DNA from: Raoultibacter sp.
GTDB taxonomy: Bacteria > Actinomycetota > Coriobacteriia > Coriobacteriales > Eggerthellaceae
Direction of reading: 5' to 3'
Length of the DNA stretch: 64,000 bases
Assembly (NCBI GenBank): GCA_036650075.1
Contig: JAVWAI010000002.1
Location: 7,652-71,651, forward strand
The notes under the pieces are model-generated. The model worked only from the letters and a program-made list of their open reading frames with translations. It searched no databases and was not told the DNA's origin. Every line of letters begins with the position of its first letter. Position 1 is the first letter of the stretch. Positions 38,701-46,487 of the stretch are shown piece by piece. Position numbers and translations under genes: made by a program.

Positions 38701-39355
38701 TTCCTTCTGCCAGATTATGCACCGACTCATAGGTTTCCAGTAATTCTCGTGCCAGATGGGAAGGAAGGGGCATTTCAGGACCCAAATCAACGGCATCAAG
38801 TCCCGCTTCAAAAGAAGCGCAGCTCTTCAGCACCGATTCAAGCAGCGTCGCCACCGATACGGAATTAGGGCCTCCTTTAGTTCCGTACTCGGCAAACAAA
38901 TCGGCAAAACGGCTGCTGTTTACCTCTGTTTCACTCCGAAGGACTTCGTTGATGGCCTCTGCTCGCAACGCCCCCGCCTCAAAATCAAGAATGATTCGGA
39001 AATCAGGATCAAGACCGCATTCGAGAGCATTCTCGTGCAGAATCCGCGAACACATACCATGGATCGTTGAAATCCATGCCGAGTCAACCTTGAGTGCTTC
39101 ATCGAACATGCCCTCAGCGCGCAGGGCACTTCGCACCCGCGCCTTGATTTCGGCCGCTGCTTTCTCCATGAACGTGATGGCCAAAACCTCATCAATCGAG
39201 GTAAGAGCCGGGCCGCTTTTTGGAGACAGCGCATAGGCGATACGCTGCTGCAGCGTGAACGTCTTGCCCGATCCCGCACCCGCTGAAATAAAAAGTGGCC
39301 CATTAAGATGCTCGACGCATTGCCGCTGAGCTGGGGTAAATGCTTCCATATTCAT
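35795..39355 (-). CDS. addA: ATP-dependent helicase/nuclease subunit A (UvrD/Rep SF1 helicase with C-terminal RecB-family nuclease), AddA-like
   Basis: 1186 aa. It has Walker A (SAGAGSGKTF), MVDEFQDT, helicase motifs through VHKSKGLEF and LYVALTRA, and the C-terminal nuclease motif GEIDLLCLD...FVVDYKTGG. Its start overlaps the upstream partner's stop (ATGA). Confidence 0.88.
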   Translation of the reverse strand: MNMEAFTPAQRQCVEHLNGPLFISAGAGSGKTFTLQQRIAYALSPKSGPALTSIDEVLAITFMEKAAAEIKARVRSALRAEGMFDEALKVDSAWISTIHGMCSRILHENALECGLDPDFRIILDFEAGALRAEAINEVLRSETEVNSSRFADLFAEYGTKGGPNSVSVATLLESVLKSCASFEAGLDAVDLGPEMPLPSHLARELLETYESVHNLAEGKLTAKAGVKIITSAENSRAACAALQLFLESGSQDFDELMEVVRNVERIGMFGGDEEKEAAIASQQALDKMYVIANAARGRHLTESLLELTREVLVTYDRMLKERAGLDQNGLLRTTLNVLTEYPALAERYRKQFKMVMVDEFQDTDQMQVDLITKLTGLEHLCTVGDAQQSIYRFRGADVHIYNAHCARVEEFGPEALCAQLDDNFRSHGDILAFVRRICSQETVFGSNFLDLKASRRESGIYKGKTPRVDIQLTVFEGKVEEAVEAEARGIAHRLAELRKAGHRPSEMVLLLGKTTRAAVYASALRDENFECIMVGGSSFCKAEEVNVIDNLLQVLADPANTQALFSVLTGPLLQLSADDFIQLATDVTPDGRTQRRSIDRGLYEVAAGDSTLLNHAAEMFARARASLVTQSPSQVLMGILLDSGWFARLESQGVQGTAVASNILKAVRKVEELEDNPGYGLAQVARDFSAMMNAGIKDGQGSLSVENQNAVRIMTVHKSKGLEFPIVAVAAYDASKPNYARFLSTASEGSLFLQLSAGKSAYQSPVSGGYQYRNSLSGQLNDPRAASDPAEFGIALYNREVEEDAAEGKRKLYVALTRASECLIVGGIVKATKKDPLAWCAENTPLLDDIRSALLGDAYFPEEETLLEYGGSAPAHFARIYAGTEDDDSQRGDSGLLGAETGRTDTSSVVGSLRIPVLRPLEPLAYLPIKLREGVFSYSGIAPHEEHLSRQEIDDISTASARVSQNDEVSFDSVAEARRGEDDDAGFVPAVAATDFGTAFHRAAEFAVAAAPDHTGRLVMPARERLDAIARQYGVAGDVRARLDEALSRWFDSDIARRAESNASMRAEVPFFVKVDGGCASLFMEGEIDLLCLDGSGTQAFVVDYKTGGSPEESPDQLQDKHLLQATCYACAILSQGVEMIDFAFVRVEQHDAADFAQPQVVAYHFESVDRPNLEKTILAAYKKAH

Positions 39356-42291
39356 CGAGCATCCCTCGCTTCACACAGCATAACCGGACAATAATCACAT
39401 GACTTGGCGGTGCAAGGATTCGGATAGATGTCACCCTTCTGCAATTTCAGCAACTTTTCAGCAATCAACGCCTCGGTACGGTCAAGCAAATCGGAAAATC
39501 CTTCAACATGCGCATAATGCGAACCGTTGCGCTTTTCGTTTATACCCGGAAGATCACCGGAGCCTAAAACAGCACCGTCGTAGGCACCGAAAAGCCCCGG
39601 CTTGAGAACACACGCGTACAGAGCCCCTACGACATCAATTCCCAGTATCCTACGCACCACCTGGGCATATATAAGAGTTTGAATCTTGTGCGGCAAAACG
39701 AATTCAGAGCAATCCGTCGGCAAAGCATGGTAATCGACGCTGACCGAACTCTTATAATCAACAATAACCGCCTGATTGCGATCGTTGATATCGATTCGAT
39801 CAACCTGCCCCACCAAATTGATGCCCGCATACCGAATAGGAGTATCATGCCCGAACTGCCACTCGAGATGCGTCGGCGCGAAACCGGGCAGCAAAGCGCT
39901 ATCCCGCACCAAAAATTCTTGCAGTTGCCGTTTCAGTTCATCCATCTGGTATTCTTCCCATGGCGTCAGGGGAATAAGCGGATTGCGACTCGGGGCAACG
40001 CGAGGCTGGCGGGCTGCCTCTTCGTCGAATATAGCGCCCAAAAGTTTTTGGGCTGCAGCCAGATTCTCGGTCGTCGGCTTTACGCAGCCTTCCTGAGCAG
40101 AAAATTCCTGATAGAAACGCTGCAACACCAGGTGCGCAAAGTTTCCCTTTTCAATGCCCCCGAACCCAGCATCGGGGGTACTAAGGCTTAGCCGCCGCAG
40201 CGAAAACCACTTATAAGGGCACTCGAGATAGCTCTCGATTGCGGAAGGGGACAAATCAAAACCTTCGTGCACGAGCCCATCGTTATAAGCGCGGGATACC
40301 ACGATCAAATCTTCATTTTCTGAAGAAAGATGACCCGTTGTGGCGAGAGCGACTTCTCGTAGATTGCCTTGACCGACATCAATATCGCAGAAATTCTTCG
40401 AAAAACACTCTTCACCGGCCTGTGTAGCGTAGGAAGCCAGAGCTTCGGGCAAACCCGTCGTAGAATCGAGTTCATGGGAATCGGTGGGGGTGAATCGATA
40501 GCAATCAAGCGCATCCTCGAAAATCACCGCCGGATAAGCCGGTTCCGCCTGCTCATTGTTGAGCGTGCGTTCGAGAACGAGCACCTTATGAGGAAGCGCG
40601 CATGCCGTCAAAAAATGAGAGCGCAAACGGTGCACCGGATCGGAGGTATAGGTCCATCCGAGCTTTTCAAACAACAAATCCTTCGAAGTCCGCGATGGAC
40701 GAATCGAATGATCGCTCGCGTTTAAATCACCTATAATCAGAGCAGACACATCGTCGACAGCACAACATGCGGCCTCGGAAAGCGTCATGAAGCTGACGAA
40801 AGGCTTTTGCCCTAAAGCGGTACGAACATTTATCGACTGCTTCACCAGAAGAGAAAGCGCCTGCTTAAAACTAAAATTGAAGGCACCTGCACCCTGTAGT
40901 AATTCCTTTGCGCAAGCAAGCGCCGAAAGTTGCTCAGAGCGAAACGCCTCCGACCCGACGAAATGCGACGAAAAGAACTTCAGGGCGATGTCAATCGCCT
41001 CGTCGGGATGCCCCGCTTCAAACGAACCGATAAAAGGTGCGCTGAGATCGGGTGCATAATCACCCAAATCATCGAGGATTCCCTCCCGATCAATGATTCG
41101 CTTACCACGCCATTTCGCATCGAGGTTATAACCTCTCCGCACGCTCATATCGGACAGCGGGCTTAAAGCGTAATCGGTTGCTTGAAAGGTGTCGGGCCGG
41201 GGCGCGTCATCAAGCACGCCAGAAAGAGCGATGATTGCGCGACCGACAGCCACCTGGTCAAAGCGTCGTCGATAAGACGCACTGCAAGCAATATCCCGTC
41301 GCTCAAGCCAGGGGGCAATGGTGTAAAAAAGTGAAGCTGGGTCGTTGCAGACCACGACAATCTGCCCCGGGGCAGTAGCGGTAAGATTGACTATCGTATC
41401 CGTCATTAAAGAAGCGGTAGCGTAGCGTCCCGCCGGCAACAGGAAGCGAACAAAACCATCCGCAACCACCGGATGATCGGCATCGGGATGGAAAAGTGCC
41501 GCGCAGAAAGATTCCAGTTCGGGTGCGCGCTTCGGTGAAGGTTGTCCGCTTTCGTTCTCGCGGATCACCTCGACTTGAAGCGTTTCAAAAAGAGCCTCCA
41601 ACGCAACGGCTGGATCAAAAACCGAACCGGAAGCGGTTTGCACAACGAAGACAACTTCCCCTTTTTGGGCCAGACGCGCAAAAAAGAGAGCCTCAGCCCT
41701 GTCGAGCGCGGTGAATCCTTCGCACACAACCAGAGACTTTGCCGGCATAACGGCAGACAGAGACAACAGCGCCTGCCCGATCTCGCATAGATTATGGCGC
41801 TCAAGCGCTTTGAAATAGCGGCGAGCGATTACGAAAAGATCGGCTTCGGCGGCGGTCGGAACGAATCCTTTTTGGCCCTTCCCCTCGATCGCTTCCATAA
41901 AGGAGAAAAACCCCGCCCCGTCTTTCACCGTATCGGCTATCAGATCGACCATACCCGAAGTCACCGCTATGCTATGCACTTCCTTCGCCGCAAATGCGCC
42001 ATCGAGCGCACCTTGCACCAACAATGCCCGCTGTATCGCCGATACCGGCATCCGTCCATCACCGTAGAGTTCCCACACATCGGCAACCCAGGCAGATAGC
42101 GAGGAAATCGTCGCTCCGAAACAAAGCGGCGAACCCGAAGCGGCTATTTTCTTCCGATAATCAAGCACCTGCGCATACTTCGGAAGAAGCCAGATAGGCT
42201 GCCCTCCCCCAGAACCTTGCTGGAATGCTGCAGTGACCATCCGCTCGCTCGTTGCTCGGGAATTCGGGGTTGTGATAATTCGTATCGTCAT
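39352..42291 (-). CDS. addB: Helicase-nuclease subunit B, AddB-like (degenerate motor, RecB-family nuclease, Cys cluster)
   Basis: The C-terminal region has the GQVDRIDIN...VIVDYKSS nuclease motif. It is flanked by LECPYKWF upstream and CTAKSCDYCPVMLC downstream, the Cys arrangement expected for the AddB Fe-S staple. I see no GxxxxGK[ST] anywhere in the protein. The track ORF starts at 42420. The ATG at 42289-42291 (MTIRIITTPNS) is my preferred start, but the RBS is weak, so the start is uncertain. Confidence 0.75.
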   Translation of the reverse strand: MTIRIITTPNSRATSERMVTAAFQQGSGGGQPIWLLPKYAQVLDYRKKIAASGSPLCFGATISSLSAWVADVWELYGDGRMPVSAIQRALLVQGALDGAFAAKEVHSIAVTSGMVDLIADTVKDGAGFFSFMEAIEGKGQKGFVPTAAEADLFVIARRYFKALERHNLCEIGQALLSLSAVMPAKSLVVCEGFTALDRAEALFFARLAQKGEVVFVVQTASGSVFDPAVALEALFETLQVEVIRENESGQPSPKRAPELESFCAALFHPDADHPVVADGFVRFLLPAGRYATASLMTDTIVNLTATAPGQIVVVCNDPASLFYTIAPWLERRDIACSASYRRRFDQVAVGRAIIALSGVLDDAPRPDTFQATDYALSPLSDMSVRRGYNLDAKWRGKRIIDREGILDDLGDYAPDLSAPFIGSFEAGHPDEAIDIALKFFSSHFVGSEAFRSEQLSALACAKELLQGAGAFNFSFKQALSLLVKQSINVRTALGQKPFVSFMTLSEAACCAVDDVSALIIGDLNASDHSIRPSRTSKDLLFEKLGWTYTSDPVHRLRSHFLTACALPHKVLVLERTLNNEQAEPAYPAVIFEDALDCYRFTPTDSHELDSTTGLPEALASYATQAGEECFSKNFCDIDVGQGNLREVALATTGHLSSENEDLIVVSRAYNDGLVHEGFDLSPSAIESYLECPYKWFSLRRLSLSTPDAGFGGIEKGNFAHLVLQRFYQEFSAQEGCVKPTTENLAAAQKLLGAIFDEEAARQPRVAPSRNPLIPLTPWEEYQMDELKRQLQEFLVRDSALLPGFAPTHLEWQFGHDTPIRYAGINLVGQVDRIDINDRNQAVIVDYKSSVSVDYHALPTDCSEFVLPHKIQTLIYAQVVRRILGIDVVGALYACVLKPGLFGAYDGAVLGSGDLPGINEKRNGSHYAHVEGFSDLLDRTEALIAEKLLKLQKGDIYPNPCTAKSCDYCPVMLCEARDAR

Positions 42292-42442
42292 AAAGGGATA
42301 ATACCACGCGTCTCGTAACGAAACCGCAACACGCCGCGTGTCCTTTGAAAATATGCCGCTATCGCATGTTGCTTCGCGCATAAGCCTGGGAAATACAACG
42401 GCACGCTCGAGACCATCCACGCCTAAAAAATCCCTCTGTTAA

Positions 42443-42481
42443 ATTGAGTATTACGATTTATTTATTCGTGTTATTATCTTG
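42443..42481 (+). promoter_or_regulatory. Conserved control region, copy 1 (upstream of the binding-protein gene)
   Basis: ATTGAGTATTACGATTTATTTATTCGTGTTATTATCTTG ends 31 nt before the ATG. It aligns with the region upstream of the FmdE-like gene (46353-46393, minus strand) at 31 of 39 positions with one 2-nt indel (hand count). It contains TATTAT (42472-42477), a plausible -10. Confidence 0.5.
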
Positions 42482-42512
42482 CCATCCCATTTCCGAAGAA
42501 AGGATCTCTACC

Positions 42513-43667
42513 ATGGTTTTAAATCAGGCAAAGCGTCGATTAGCCGTTGCTGGGGCGTTCGCACTCGCCGCCGTACTCTGTATGCTGCTTTTTTCTGGTT
42601 GCGCGTCTGAGACGCACGATGCGCCACAAGACACAAAAAACGCGCGACAAAGCGCTACAAAAACCGTTACCGACATGGTTGGACGAAGTGTCGAAGTACC
42701 CACCAGCGTCGAAAAGATCATCGGCATCGGGTCAAGTTCTTTGCGGCTTATTTCGTACTTGCAGGCAACCGACAAGGTTGTGGGAGTCGAAAAATCAGAG
42801 TTAGAAGACAAGACCACGTGCAGCTATCGTCACGTCTACCATGAAACCTTTTCCGAATTACCCGTTATCGGCGAAGGTGGGGCGAAAGGTGTAACCCCCA
42901 ATGAAGAAGCAATTGCGAAAGCGGCACCTCAAGTTATCTTTGCCAATATCGACAAAGATGCCGCAAATTCCTTACAGGAAAAAATAGGGATTCCCGTTGT
43001 TTGCCTCACTTTGAGCAATCTCGTATTCGATCAAATTTTTTACGACAACACAAAATTGGTAGGTGATATCGTCGACAAGCAGGATCGTGCCCATGAAATC
43101 GTTCGGTACATGCAAGACACCGAAAAAGATCTCAAAAACCGCACTTCCCCCATCGTGGGACCCGCTATCAAAAGCGCCTATGCTGCCGGAATCAGTTTCC
43201 GCGGAAGCCATGGGTTCGCGGGCACAGAAGCCAACTTCCCTCCCTTCCAAGCCGCAAACGTTAGCAACATCGTCGACACAAACGGGGCAAGCGGAGCGTT
43301 CGACATCGATATCGAAAAAGTCGTCACCGCTCAACCTGATTATATTTTCGTCGAAAGCGGTGCCCTCTCCTTAATCAAAGACGACTACAACAACAACCCC
43401 GATTACTTTGCGTCCCTCAAGGCGGTACAGAACAAGAACACTTACACCCTCATTGCCTACCGCTTCTACGCCACGAACATCGAACTAGCTCTCGCAAACT
43501 GCTATCAGGTCGGTGCCGTCGTTTATCCCGATCAATTCAAAGATATTAAACCAACCGAAAAGCTCGATGAAATCACCGAATTCTTCTTGGGTAAAAAACT
43601 TTCAAACGATTTGGCGAAAGAAGGTTGCGAGTTCAAGCAGATCGACTTTACCAACCTACCAGCCTGA
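42513..43667 (+). CDS. ABC transporter substrate-binding lipoprotein, cluster A/type III (FecB/BtuF-like metal-chelate binding)
   Basis: A signal peptide with lipobox LLFSGC is followed by a periplasmic-binding-protein fold typical of iron-siderophore, heme or cobalamin binders. ATG at 42513 follows AAAGGA. It is convergent with the matching permease/ATPase operon. Confidence 0.8.
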   Translation: MVLNQAKRRLAVAGAFALAAVLCMLLFSGCASETHDAPQDTKNARQSATKTVTDMVGRSVEVPTSVEKIIGIGSSSLRLISYLQATDKVVGVEKSELEDKTTCSYRHVYHETFSELPVIGEGGAKGVTPNEEAIAKAAPQVIFANIDKDAANSLQEKIGIPVVCLTLSNLVFDQIFYDNTKLVGDIVDKQDRAHEIVRYMQDTEKDLKNRTSPIVGPAIKSAYAAGISFRGSHGFAGTEANFPPFQAANVSNIVDTNGASGAFDIDIEKVVTAQPDYIFVESGALSLIKDDYNNNPDYFASLKAVQNKNTYTLIAYRFYATNIELALANCYQVGAVVYPDQFKDIKPTEKLDEITEFFLGKKLSNDLAKEGCEFKQIDFTNLPA

Positions 43668-43701
43668 TTGATCTCTTTGGCGCCAAGCAGCAATACGAAA
43701 C

Positions 43702-43731
43702 AAAAAAGGGAGCTTACCGGCTCCCTTTTTT
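43702..43731. terminator. Bidirectional terminator between the binding-protein gene and the ATPase gene
   Basis: AAAAAAGGGAGC-TTACCG-GCTCCCTTTTTT. Confidence 0.8.
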
Positions 43732-43764
43732 CGCTCTGTTAAACCCTTCGCGATACCCGCTACA

Positions 43765-44655
43765 TCAAGGAACCGGCACTGCGACCGGTATACCCCCAAT
43801 CGTTTCCAGACACACTTCGAGATCATAGGTGATCGAAAGGTTTTCAGCCGTCGCCACCTCATGACCACCCTGGGCAATCACGCATCCGTCACGCATCAGC
43901 AAAAAGCAGTCGCAAAAACGCAGAGCAAGGTTCACGTCATGAATAACCAAGACCGTCGCCAAAGATCCCTGGTGGGTAATTTGACGCACAATTTCTAAAA
44001 CTCCCATCTGATTCTTAAGATCAAGCGCACTGGTCGGTTCGTCGAGCAGCAAAACTTCCGGTTCCTGAGCAAGAGCACGGGCGATGTAGACTTTCTGTCG
44101 CTCTCCCCCGGATAGTTCATCGAGATAACGTGTCGTGAACTGCTGTAATCCCATGCGTTCAATCACTTCGAAAACCACCGCGCGATCATAATCGGAAAGC
44201 GCCCAGGTAATATGGGGTCGTCTTCCTAAAAGAACTTGATCATAAACACTGACGTGGGGAATTTTTTGCTGCTGCGCAACATAGGCGATGCAGCGTGCTG
44301 TTTCTCTTCGACTCAGCGACGCAAGATTGCGATTCCCTACACAAACCGCTCCCGCCGCCGGCCGGAGCAGCCCCGCCACCACATCGAGCAAGGTCGATTT
44401 TCCGGCACCATTATTTCCAAGAATTGCAAGGACTTTACCTTTCTCGATTGCCAGATTGACCCCCTGGAAAACCGGCTTTACAGCACGAGGGTAGACATAA
44501 GCGGCTTCCTTTATTCGCAACACTTCATGCTCCTGGGAAGAAGCTTCATGCACGCATACGGAAGGGGCGCTCCCTTTGCGGGTGTGCAGCGTGCTCACGC
44601 CAACGCTGCACGATTCGTATCCGCACATAACTTTTTTTCTTCTTTTATCCATCAT
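43765..44655 (-). CDS. ABC transporter ATP-binding protein (FepC/FecE/BtuD type) with a ~45-aa Cys-containing N-terminal extension
   Basis: Walker A GNNGAGKST, signature LSGGERQK, Walker B LLLDEPTSALD, and H-loop VIHD. Its start overlaps the permease stop. Confidence 0.9.
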   Translation of the reverse strand: MMDKRRKKVMCGYESCSVGVSTLHTRKGSAPSVCVHEASSQEHEVLRIKEAAYVYPRAVKPVFQGVNLAIEKGKVLAILGNNGAGKSTLLDVVAGLLRPAAGAVCVGNRNLASLSRRETARCIAYVAQQQKIPHVSVYDQVLLGRRPHITWALSDYDRAVVFEVIERMGLQQFTTRYLDELSGGERQKVYIARALAQEPEVLLLDEPTSALDLKNQMGVLEIVRQITHQGSLATVLVIHDVNLALRFCDCFLLMRDGCVIAQGGHEVATAENLSITYDLEVCLETIGGIPVAVPVP

Positions 44656-45770
44656 CGCCTATACCCCCGATACAGAAGGTACAAGAAAAGCGGCGCACCC
44701 AAAAATGAAGTAATCGCCCCTATCGGAAGAATGATGGGCGAAATAACCATGCGGGCAACAAGATCGCTTGCCAGCATGATAACGGAGCCCAAAACGAGCG
44801 AGGCAGGCAAGAGAAAGCGATAATCGTCGCCGACAAATCGTCGGGCGATGTGAGGGGCGATGAGTCCGATAAAATTGATGAGCCCCACAAACGAAACCAT
44901 TACAGCCGCCACAAGCGAAGCCATGACGACCCCGACGGTTCGCGTGCGCCGTACGTCGACCCCGAGACCGCCGGCAACGTGCCCTCCATTTTGTAGCGCA
45001 TTGTAGTTCCAACGGTTTGCGAAAAAGTAGATTGTACAGATTACCCCGACACCGATCATAAGGCCGATTTGCGCCCAGCTTGCTCGGGCAAGATCGCCAA
45101 ACTGCCAAAATATCACTTTGGTCAGTTCGAGATCGTCGGAAAAATACTGAATAATCGTGGAAGCTCCTGCCCAAAGCGAAGAAAGGGCAACTCCTACCAA
45201 AATAATACTTTCGGGACTGGAAAAGCCCATCTTTGAAAAAAGCAGCACGATAAAGCTGGAAAACATCGCTCCAATAAACGCGAAAAGAGCCACCGTACCC
45301 ATGCCGACGCTAGCGGCCCCCGTCCCCGCAAAAAATGGCACGACAAGCAACATAGCAACCGTCGCCCCGAATGCGGCTCCTTGAGAAATACCAACCGTCG
45401 AAGCCGAAGCGAGAGGATTTTCCAAAACGCTCTGCAACACCGCACCCGCAAGAGCCAGCCCAGCACCGGCAACGATGGCGCAAATAACGCGCGGCAAACG
45501 GATGGAGCGCACCGTCATAACATCCTGAGGGTTCCCGACACCAAACAGCGCCTTTGCGCTATCGATAATGGTCATGTCCGAGGCACCATTCGCCAGCGCA
45601 ATCAACGCCATAAGAACGCATACGACAACAAGCAAGCCGATAGCAACCCATGCACGTCGTTCAACTTTTCTTTGCGCGAGAGGAATATAGGAAGAGATGG
45701 TTTTCATGTTATCGTGTGCGCAGGTATCTCGCAGCTGACCAGCTTCGGAGCGTACAGACCCTATAGACAC
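44652..45770 (-). CDS. FecCD/BtuC-family ABC permease
   Basis: A ~10-TM protein with the characteristic C-terminal ILPIGAITSFLGAPLFLYLL segment of FecCD permeases. The start may be the internal ATG at 45707 (MKTISSY). Confidence 0.9.
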   Translation of the reverse strand: MSIGSVRSEAGQLRDTCAHDNMKTISSYIPLAQRKVERRAWVAIGLLVVVCVLMALIALANGASDMTIIDSAKALFGVGNPQDVMTVRSIRLPRVICAIVAGAGLALAGAVLQSVLENPLASASTVGISQGAAFGATVAMLLVVPFFAGTGAASVGMGTVALFAFIGAMFSSFIVLLFSKMGFSSPESIILVGVALSSLWAGASTIIQYFSDDLELTKVIFWQFGDLARASWAQIGLMIGVGVICTIYFFANRWNYNALQNGGHVAGGLGVDVRRTRTVGVVMASLVAAVMVSFVGLINFIGLIAPHIARRFVGDDYRFLLPASLVLGSVIMLASDLVARMVISPIILPIGAITSFLGAPLFLYLLYRGYRR

Positions 45771-46315
45771 GAGAGCCCTTCCCGTTTATAGGCATCGTAG
45801 CAGTCAAGGCAGACAAGCTTGCCCCCTTGTACCCGTAAGCCAAATTCCGCTGTCGATTCCCCGCAAATGGCACACTTTTGAGAGGCAAACAGGCGCGCGG
45901 GTTCGGGAAGCCCATAGACAGGTACGCTCCTTGAGAATAATTCTTCATAAGAAGTTGTCAGTAAATAATTCTGAAAGGCTTCTCGACTTTCGTCTTCACG
46001 CTTTTGTGCCGTCAACATCAAGCGCACGCCTTTGTCCGCTCCCCTGACAAAAAACGAAAACGCCATTTTGCCACGAACGCGAGGAATGAGATTTGATTTG
46101 CCATAAGTGCACCCTAAAAGAGCTTGCACCGCATCAACGCCACACGCATCGTTTTCAGTGACACATACGATCTCTTCATCAAGCACAGGAAGGTATGAAT
46201 CGTCGAGACCGAGTTCGACGATCGCCCCCTCGCAAGCTTTAAACCCTATAGCCAACCCGGGACAGGTGTGACCATGAAATGCCGCCGCTTTTTCCCACAG
46301 AGATTCACTAAGCAT
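45761..46315 (-). CDS. FmdE-family protein with a C-terminal CxxC...CxxC zinc ribbon
   Basis: The FHGHTCPGLAIGFKA and NDACGVDAVQ motifs are hallmarks of the FmdE domain (PF02663, as I recall it). The C-terminus reads CAICGEST...LVCLDCY. It is the first gene of the permease/ATPase operon. Confidence 0.8.
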   Translation of the reverse strand: MLSESLWEKAAAFHGHTCPGLAIGFKACEGAIVELGLDDSYLPVLDEEIVCVTENDACGVDAVQALLGCTYGKSNLIPRVRGKMAFSFFVRGADKGVRLMLTAQKREDESREAFQNYLLTTSYEELFSRSVPVYGLPEPARLFASQKCAICGESTAEFGLRVQGGKLVCLDCYDAYKREGLSCL

Positions 46316-46352
46316 CGCTGCAACCTTCCTTACTGTCAGTCATCGTTGTTTT

Positions 46353-46393
46353 CAAAATAGTAACACAAATATTATATTCGTAATAATCTCAAT
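46353..46393 (-). promoter_or_regulatory. Conserved control region, copy 2 (upstream of the FmdE-like operon)
   Basis: Minus strand reads ATTGAGATTATTACGAATATAATATTTGTGTTACTATTTTG and ends 37 nt before the ATG. It is homologous to 42443-42481, with TACTAT at the position of the other copy's TATTAT. Confidence 0.5.
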
Positions 46394-46487
46394 ACGGTGA
46401 GGCCGATTTTGTCCGGGAGCGGAAAGACTCCGACGCGATGCGCGTATACTGAGAAGACAAAAACAATCTCTTGAAACGAGGTGTGCG

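Noticed and set aside
46316-46487. A cobalamin riboswitch or Fur box upstream of the FmdE/ABC operon.
   Set aside because: The leader is only ~170 nt and lacks a B12-box-like GCCACTG element on the transcribed strand. The AT-rich segment matches the Fur consensus only at scattered positions. It is reported instead as an unassigned conserved control region.
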